Positions 58,733 to 64,000 of a DNA stretch of 64,000 nt are shown here, piece by piece; position 1 is the first letter of the stretch; every line of letters starts with the position of its first letter. A program made the position numbers and the translations under genes. The notes below the pieces were generated by a model. The model ran no database searches and was not told the origin of the DNA. It saw only the letters and a program-made list of their open reading frames with translations. The DNA is from Escherichia coli (GTDB taxonomy: Bacteria > Pseudomonadota > Gammaproteobacteria > Enterobacterales > Enterobacteriaceae), in assembly GCF_044647545.1 (NCBI RefSeq), contig NZ_CP172818.1. One strand, written 5' to 3'.

Positions 58733-59392
58733 ATGAAGAAACGTGTTTATCTTATTGCCGCCGTAGTGAGTGGCGCTCTGGCGGTATCTGGCTGTACAAC
58801 TAACCCTTACACCGGCGAACGCGAAGCAGGTAAATCTGCTATCGGCGCAGGTCTGGGCTCTCTCGTTGGCGCGGGTATTGGTGCGCTCTCTTCTTCGAAG
58901 AAAGATCGCGGTAAAGGCGCGCTCATTGGCGCAGCAGCAGGCGCAGCTCTGGGCGGCGGCGTTGGTTATTACATGGATGTGCAGGAAGCGAAGCTGCGTG
59001 ACAAAATGCGCGGCACTGGTGTTAGCGTAACCCGCAGCGGGGATAACATTATCCTCAATATGCCGAACAATGTGACCTTCGACAGCAGCAGCGCAACCCT
59101 GAAACCGGCGGGCGCTAACACCCTGACCGGCGTGGCAATGGTACTGAAAGAGTATCCGAAAACGGCGGTTAACGTGATTGGTTATACCGACAGCACGGGG
59201 GGTCACGACCTGAACATGCGTCTCTCCCAGCAGCGTGCGGATTCCGTTGCCAGCGCGTTGATCACCCAGGGCGTGGACGCCAGCCGCATCCGTACTCAGG
59301 GCCTTGGCCCGGCTAACCCAATCGCCAGCAACAGCACCGCAGAAGGTAAGGCGCAAAACCGCCGTGTAGAAATTACCTTAAGCCCACTGTAA
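58733..59392 (+). CDS. yiaD: OmpA-domain outer-membrane lipoprotein YiaD (219 aa)
   Basis: Lipobox LAVSGC, Gly-rich segment and a C-terminal OmpA-like peptidoglycan-binding domain (NRRVEI). Confidence 0.92.
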   Translation: MKKRVYLIAAVVSGALAVSGCTTNPYTGEREAGKSAIGAGLGSLVGAGIGALSSSKKDRGKGALIGAAAGAALGGGVGYYMDVQEAKLRDKMRGTGVSVTRSGDNIILNMPNNVTFDSSSATLKPAGANTLTGVAMVLKEYPKTAVNVIGYTDSTGGHDLNMRLSQQRADSVASALITQGVDASRIRTQGLGPANPIASNSTAEGKAQNRRVEITLSPL

Positions 59393-59495
59393 TCCCTTTC
59401 ATGTCAGGTGATGCAGAAATCACCTGGCATTCTTCAGTTTTCCTTCATCATATTTCAGGCTAAGGTGATCGCCTTATCAGTGAATGGAGAGAAGC

Positions 59496-60470
59496 ATGAA
59501 GCCGTCCGTTATCCTCTACAAAGCCTTACCTGATGATTTACTGCAACGCCTGCAAGAACATTTCACCGTTCACCAGGTAGCAAACCTCAGCCCACAAACC
59601 GTCGAACAAAATGCAGCAATTTTTGCCGAAGCTGAAGGCTTGCTGGGTTCAAATGAGAATGTTGATGCCGCATTGCTGGAAAAAATGCCGAAACTGCGTG
59701 CCACATCAACGATCTCCGTCGGCTATGACAATTTTGATGTCGATGCGCTTACCGCCCGAAAAATTCTGCTGATGCACACACCAACCGTATTAACAGAAAC
59801 CGTCGCCGATACGCTGATGGCGCTGGTGTTGTCTACCGCTCGTCGGGTTGTGGAGGTAGCAGAACGGGTAAAAGCAGGCGAATGGACCGCGAGCATAGGC
59901 CCGGACTGGTACGGCACTGACGTTCACCATAAAACACTGGGCATTGTCGGGATGGGACGGATCGGCATGGCGCTGGCACAACGTGCGCACTTTGGCTTCA
60001 ACATGCCCATCCTCTATAACGCGCGTCGCCACCATAAAGAAGCAGAAGAACGCTTCAACGCCCGCTACTGCGATTTGGATACTCTGTTACAAGAGTCAGA
60101 TTTCGTTTGTCTGATCCTGCCGTTAACGGATGAGACGCATCATCTGTTTGGCGCAGAACAATTCGCCAAAATGAAACCCTCCGCCATTTTCATTAATGCC
60201 GGACGTGGCCCGGTGGTTGATGAAAATGCACTGATTGCTGCATTGCAGAAAGGCGAAATTCACGCCGCCGGGCTGGATGTCTTCGAACAAGAGCCACTGT
60301 CCGTAGATTCGCCGTTGCTCTCAATGGCCAACGTCGTCGCAGTACCGCATATTGGATCTGCCACCCATGAGACGCGTTATGGCATGGCCGCCTGTGCCGT
60401 GGATAATTTGATTGATGCGTTACAAGGAAAGGTTGAGAAGAACTGTGTGAATCCGCACGTCGCGGACTAA
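59496..60470 (+). CDS. ghrB: Glyoxylate/hydroxypyruvate reductase B (2-ketoaldonate reductase), 324 aa
   Basis: ORF 59484..60470 trimmed to the ATG at 59496 ([16 protein letters not shown]); D-isomer 2-hydroxyacid dehydrogenase with NAD motif GIVGMGRIG. Confidence 0.92.
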   Translation: MKPSVILYKALPDDLLQRLQEHFTVHQVANLSPQTVEQNAAIFAEAEGLLGSNENVDAALLEKMPKLRATSTISVGYDNFDVDALTARKILLMHTPTVLTETVADTLMALVLSTARRVVEVAERVKAGEWTASIGPDWYGTDVHHKTLGIVGMGRIGMALAQRAHFGFNMPILYNARRHHKEAEERFNARYCDLDTLLQESDFVCLILPLTDETHHLFGAEQFAKMKPSAIFINAGRGPVVDENALIAALQKGEIHAAGLDVFEQEPLSVDSPLLSMANVVAVPHIGSATHETRYGMAACAVDNLIDALQGKVEKNCVNPHVAD

Positions 60471-60519
60471 GCCGCGACTGCGTGGAGTAAAGCCCGATAA
60501 TCGCTCGGGCTTTTACTCT

Positions 60520-61230
60520 TTATTGGGTTGCAGTAACTGCTGTAGTCCAGGCCTGATTAAACGCCTGATGCTGTGCCGGTAATGGCGCAATCAGTTTGTT
60601 ATATTCACTTGCCTGCTGTGACGTCGGGAACTGGATGCCATTTGCGACAAAGCTCACCTGAGTACCTTGCTGAGCAATGTAGTCTCCAACCATCACCAGT
60701 TGTTGCGTGAAAGTTTGTGCAGCCGGAATCAACGGTTGCAATGCATCAGCTGGCGTCGTTACCACTTTGGTGAATGCCTGATCAAAGACCGGTTTCAGGT
60801 CATCACTCTGTTTTAACGCAGAGTGTGCAGCATCGGCCTGCAACTTCGCATTTTGCAGCTGTTGCGCCAGCACACCCAGCGAACCGTTCATTTCACGCAG
60901 TGGGCCGCTTTGCGTAACGTAATCCTGCGGTACGCGAATTGCGTTAACGCTGTCTACAACCGGGCGCAGACCGGAATCCATCGCCTGATTCACCTGCTGT
61001 GAATAACCATACAGAATCGCGTAATCAGAGACAAAAGGACCAAACTGTTTTTTCTGATCGGCAGTCAGGGTTGGTAGACGTTCACCGCTACGCATCACTG
61101 TATTCTGCAGGAAGTCGATAAACGCTTTACGCTGATCGCCTTCTTTATCAAAACACCCACTCAGGCTAACTACCATTAATAACGCCGCAAGAGGCGCAAA
61201 CCAGCGAGAGCAGGACTTTCCTGTCGCCAT
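60520..61230 (-). CDS. yiaF: Putative lipoprotein YiaF (236 aa)
   Basis: ORF 60520..61350 trimmed to MATGKSCSRWFAPLAALLMVVSLSGC (lipobox) at 61228-61230. Confidence 0.85.
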   Translation of the reverse strand: MATGKSCSRWFAPLAALLMVVSLSGCFDKEGDQRKAFIDFLQNTVMRSGERLPTLTADQKKQFGPFVSDYAILYGYSQQVNQAMDSGLRPVVDSVNAIRVPQDYVTQSGPLREMNGSLGVLAQQLQNAKLQADAAHSALKQSDDLKPVFDQAFTKVVTTPADALQPLIPAAQTFTQQLVMVGDYIAQQGTQVSFVANGIQFPTSQQASEYNKLIAPLPAQHQAFNQAWTTAVTATQ

Positions 61231-61663
61231 TTTCTTACTCCTTTCACCCAAAAAAAGCGCACAACGACACACGCGTGTCTGACGTGACAAGGATAGTCCA
61301 GGACAGGCTTGCAGGATACCCTTTCTACGTAATCTTCCTGGTAAAATCATGGAGAAAATGAAACAAGGTTAATTTGTTGTTTCATTGTTAAAAAATGATA
61401 GTGCCGTTGCTTTTTTTGTAGCCAGAGATTTACGCCTTCTCAGAACGTTAGATTTTCGAAATCTTTACAAACCGGGAGTGGTAAGAGATATATCGGCATT
61501 TATCAGATCGTTAGGTGGCTATAAGTCACGCTAAATGACTGGCTGAATCGAATCATAGCCAGAGCATGCCCTGACTACACCCCGCTGTGTCTGTTTTTCC
61601 CGACTATTCTTAATGAGCTTCGATGCAATTCACGATCCCGCAGTGTGATTTGAGGAGTTTTCA

Positions 61664-61954
61664 ATGGAATATAAAGATCCAATGCATGAGCTGTTGAGCA
61701 GCCTGGAACAGATTGTTTTTAAAGATGAAACGCAGAAAATTACCCTGACGCACAGAACAACGTCCTGTACCGAAATTGAGCAGTTACGAAAAGGGACAGG
61801 GTTAAAAATCGATGATTTCGCCCGGGTTTTGGGCGTATCAGTCGCCATGGTAAAGGAATGGGAATCCAGACGCGTGAAGCCTTCAAGTGCCGAACTAAAA
61901 TTGATGCGTTTGATTCAAGCCAACCCGGCATTAAGTAAGCAGTTGATGGAATAG
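61664..61954 (+). CDS. yiaG: HTH (XRE/Cro-type) transcriptional regulator YiaG (96 aa)
   Basis: 96-aa ORF with an HTH motif around GLKIDDFARVLGVSVAMVKEWESRR. Confidence 0.88.
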   Translation: MEYKDPMHELLSSLEQIVFKDETQKITLTHRTTSCTEIEQLRKGTGLKIDDFARVLGVSVAMVKEWESRRVKPSSAELKLMRLIQANPALSKQLME

Positions 61955-61980
61955 ACTTTTATCCACTTTATTGCTGTTTA

Positions 61981-62006
61981 CGGTCCTGATGACAGGACCG
62001 TTTTCC
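61981..62006 (+). terminator. yiaG rho-independent terminator
   Basis: cggtcctgatgacaggaccg followed by ttttcc. Confidence 0.65.
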
Positions 62007-62038
62007 AACCGATTAATCATAAATATGAAAAATAATTG

Positions 62039-62067
62039 TTGCATCACCCGCCAATGCGTGGCTTAAT
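62039..62067 (+). promoter_or_regulatory. cspA promoter (-35 TTGCAT, 17-bp spacer, -10 CTTAAT) with AT-rich upstream element
   Basis: ttgcat at 62039-62044 and cttaat at 62062-62067, with the AT-rich tract aatcataaatatgaaaaataattg upstream. Confidence 0.7.
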
Positions 62068-62075
62068 GCACATCA

Positions 62076-62234
62076 ACGGTTTGACGTACAGACCATTAAA
62101 GCAGTGTAGTAAGGCAAGTCCCTTCAAGAGTTATCGTTGATACCCCTCGTAGTGCACATTCCTTTAACGCTTCAAAATCTGTAAAGCACGCCATATCGCC
62201 GAAAGGCACACTTAATTATTAAAGGTAATACACT
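62076..62234 (+). promoter_or_regulatory. cspA 159-nt 5' UTR (cold-box and thermosensor leader)
   Basis: Leader beginning acggtttgacgtacagacc..., which matches the cspA mRNA 5' UTR as I recall it; ends at the cspA ATG. Confidence 0.7.
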
Positions 62235-62447
62235 ATGTCTGGTAAAATGACTGGTATCGTAAAATGGTTCAACGCTGACAAAGGCTTCGGCTTCATCACT
62301 CCTGACGATGGCTCTAAAGACGTGTTCGTACACTTCTCTGCTATCCAGAACGATGGTTACAAATCTCTGGACGAAGGTCAGAAAGTGTCCTTCACCATCG
62401 AAAGCGGCGCTAAAGGCCCGGCAGCTGGTAACGTAACCAGCCTGTAA
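62235..62447 (+). CDS. cspA: Major cold-shock protein CspA (70 aa)
   Basis: Exact CspA sequence [70 protein letters not shown]. Confidence 0.97.
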
Positions 62448-62474
62448 TCTCTGCTTAAAAGCACAGAATCTAAG

Positions 62475-62502
62475 ATCCCTGCCAAATGGCGGGGATTTTT
62501 TT
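62475..62502 (+). terminator. cspA rho-independent terminator
   Basis: atccctgcc-aaat-ggcggggat followed by tttttttatttg. Confidence 0.7.
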
Positions 62503-62635
62503 ATTTGTTTATTCAGGAAATAAATAATCGTTCGCGTAATAAAATCTATTATTATTTTTGTGAAGAATAAATTTGGGTGCAATGAGAATGCGCAACGCCG
62601 TAAGAAAGGCGGGAATAACTTCCCGCCGAAGACGC

Positions 62636-62788
62636 TTACTCTTTCAATTTGCAGGCTAAAAACGCCGCCAGCTCATAATTCTCCTGTTTAATATGCAATT
62701 CACACAGTGAATCTCTTATCATCCAGGTGAAAAATAAAAGCGTGAAACAAATCACTATTAAAGAAAGTAATCTATATTTCTGCGGCAT
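62636..62788 (-). CDS. hokA: HokA, Hok/Gef-family type I toxin peptide (50 aa)
   Basis: MPQKYRLLSLIVICFTLLFFTWMIRDSLCELHIKQENYELAAFLACKLKE from the ATG at 62786-62788. The IS150 end lies 32 bp upstream of this start codon. Confidence 0.85.
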   Translation of the reverse strand: MPQKYRLLSLIVICFTLLFFTWMIRDSLCELHIKQENYELAAFLACKLKE

Positions 62789-62867
62789 TCCCAGCCTCCT
62801 GTGTTGATTTCCACCGAGTATGTACTGCACCCATTTTGTTGGACGATGAAATGGAATAGCCCCTGAT

Positions 62868-63389
62868 ATGTCAAAGCCAAAATACCCTTTTGAAAAGCGC
62901 CTTGAAGTCGTGAATCACTACTTCACTACTGATGATGGTTACAGGATCATCTCGGCACGTTTTGGTGTCCCCCGAACCCAGGTCAGGACATGGGTTGCCC
63001 TCTATGAAAAACATGGAGAAAAAGGTTTAATTCCCAAACCTAAAGGTGTTAGTGCTGATCCAGAGTTGCGTATTAAGGTCGTGAAAGCTGTGATCGAGCA
63101 GCACATGTCCCTTAATCAGGCTGCTGCTCACTTTATGCTTGCTGGTAGTGGTTCTGTAGCCAGGTGGCTGAAGGTTTATGAAGAGCGCGGAGAAGCTGGT
63201 TTACGCGCGCTCAAGATTGGCACCAAAAGAAACATTGCAATATCAGTTGATCCAGAAAAAGCGGCATCAGCATTGGAGCTGTCAAAAGACCGACGTATTG
63301 AGGATCTTGAAAGGCAAGTTCGATTTCTTGAAACGCGGCTTATGTATCTAAAAAAGCTGAAAGCCTTAGCTCATCCCACGAAAAAGTGA
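62868..63389 (+). CDS. insJ: IS150 OrfA / InsJ, HTH DNA-binding transposase subunit (173 aa)
   Basis: 173-aa ORF MSKPKYPFEKRLEVVNHYF... with IS3-family OrfA HTH and leucine-zipper region. Confidence 0.92.
   Translation: MSKPKYPFEKRLEVVNHYFTTDDGYRIISARFGVPRTQVRTWVALYEKHGEKGLIPKPKGVSADPELRIKVVKAVIEQHMSLNQAAAHFMLAGSGSVARWLKVYEERGEAGLRALKIGTKRNIAISVDPEKAASALELSKDRRIEDLERQVRFLETRLMYLKKLKALAHPTKK
63350..63356 (+). other. Programmed -1 ribosomal frameshift slippery heptamer A_AAA_AAG of IS150
   Basis: ctaAAAAAAGctg near the end of orfA; the -1 frame is open from upstream of this site and continues into the DDE transposase. Confidence 0.75.
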
Positions 63390-64000
63390 AAGTACTCAAC
63401 GAGCTAAGGCAGTTTTATCCTCTTGATGAGCTTCTCAGGGCTGCGGAGATACCGCGCAGTACGTTTTATTACCATCTAAAGGCTCTCAGCAAGCCTGACA
63501 AGTATGCGGACGTTAAAAAGCGTATTGGTGAGATTTATCACGAGAATAGAGGCCGATACGGATACCGTAGGGTAACGCTGTCTCTTCATCGAGAAGGGAA
63601 ACAGATTAACCATAAAGCTGTTCAGCGCCTGATGGGAACCCTCTCACTTAAAGCAGCGATTAAGGTCAAGCGATACCGCTCTTACAGAGGAGAGGTAGGG
63701 CAAACCGCCCCTAATGTTCTCCAAAGAGATTTCAAGGCTACGCGGCCAAACGAGAAGTGGGTTACCGATGTTACTGAATTTGCAGTCAATGGGCGCAAGC
63801 TGTATTTGTCTCCAGTAATAGATCTCTTCAACAACGAAGTTATTTCTTACAGCCTTTCGGAAAGACCAGTGATGAACATGGTTGAGAATATGCTCGATCA
63901 GGCATTCAAAAAGCTTAATCCTCACGAGCATCCTGTTCTGCACTCTGACCAGGGATGGCAGTATCGTATGAGAAAATATCAAAATATTCTTAAAGAACAT
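63386..64000 (+). CDS. insK: IS150 OrfB / InsK, DDE transposase catalytic domain (partial, continues beyond window)
   Basis: Manual translation in the -1 frame gives [33 protein letters not shown]...KWVTDVTEF...HSDQGWQY with no stop before the window end; absent from the ORF track because the stop lies outside. Confidence 0.85.
   Translation, partial: MKVLNELRQFYPLDELLRAAEIPRSTFYYHLKALSKPDKYADVKKRIGEIYHENRGRYGYRRVTLSLHREGKQINHKAVQRLMGTLSLKAAIKVKRYRSYRGEVGQTAPNVLQRDFKATRPNEKWVTDVTEFAVNGRKLYLSPVIDLFNNEVISYSLSERPVMNMVENMLDQAFKKLNPHEHPVLHSDQGWQYRMRKYQNILKEH

Larger units (their letters stand above)
62821..64000 (+). mobile_element. IS150 (IS3 family), left end and most of the body; truncated by the window end
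   Basis: Terminal inverted repeat begins tgtactgcacccattttgttggacgatgaaatgg at 62821, followed by orfA (insJ) and orfB (insK) in the -1 frame. Confidence 0.9.

Noticed and set aside
62789-62830. sokA antisense RNA and mokA frame for the hokA locus
   Set aside because: Only 32 bp of native sequence separate hokA from the IS150 end, so the region that would carry mok/sok is largely replaced by the insertion; I could not identify these elements and did not annotate them.
63644-64000. 118-aa minus-strand ORF at the window end
   Set aside because: It is antisense to the IS150 orfB (insK) transposase frame, which has clear IS3-family DDE similarity; spurious.

Overview
This window is a contiguous Escherichia coli chromosomal segment with K-12-like gene order, recognised from the translated ORFs and read on both strands. 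It runs from the acid-fitness island (gadE-mdtEF, gadW, gadY, gadX, gadA) through ccp/yhjA, treF, yhjBCDE, yhjG, pdeH, kdgK, yhjJ, dctA, pdeK, the complete cellulose locus (bcsRQABZC divergent from bcsEFG), ldrD/rdlD, yhjV, dppABCDF, tRNA-Pro (proK), eptB, yhjX, yhjY, tag, yiaC, bisC, yiaD, ghrB, yiaF, yiaG, cspA and hokA, ending in the left part of IS150 (insJ/insK, truncated by the window). Many ORF-track entries carry N-terminal extensions or use TTG/GTG; I trimmed these to the start that matches the known protein N-terminus and checked the ATG in the sequence. I found no convincing new gene system. The one region the known annotation does not explain is a roughly 0.5 kb low-complexity block between dppA and proK (about 50150-50690), with long homopolymers, (TG)n runs and a near C-free stretch, bracketed by 30-bp REP-like direct repeats; a sequencing or assembly artefact is my leading explanation and it needs read-level checking. 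Second, bcsQ reads as an intact 250-codon ORF (codon 6 is TTG), which from memory differs from K-12 laboratory strains, where codon 6 is a stop. All identifications rest on recall of protein sequences and gene order, not on a database search.
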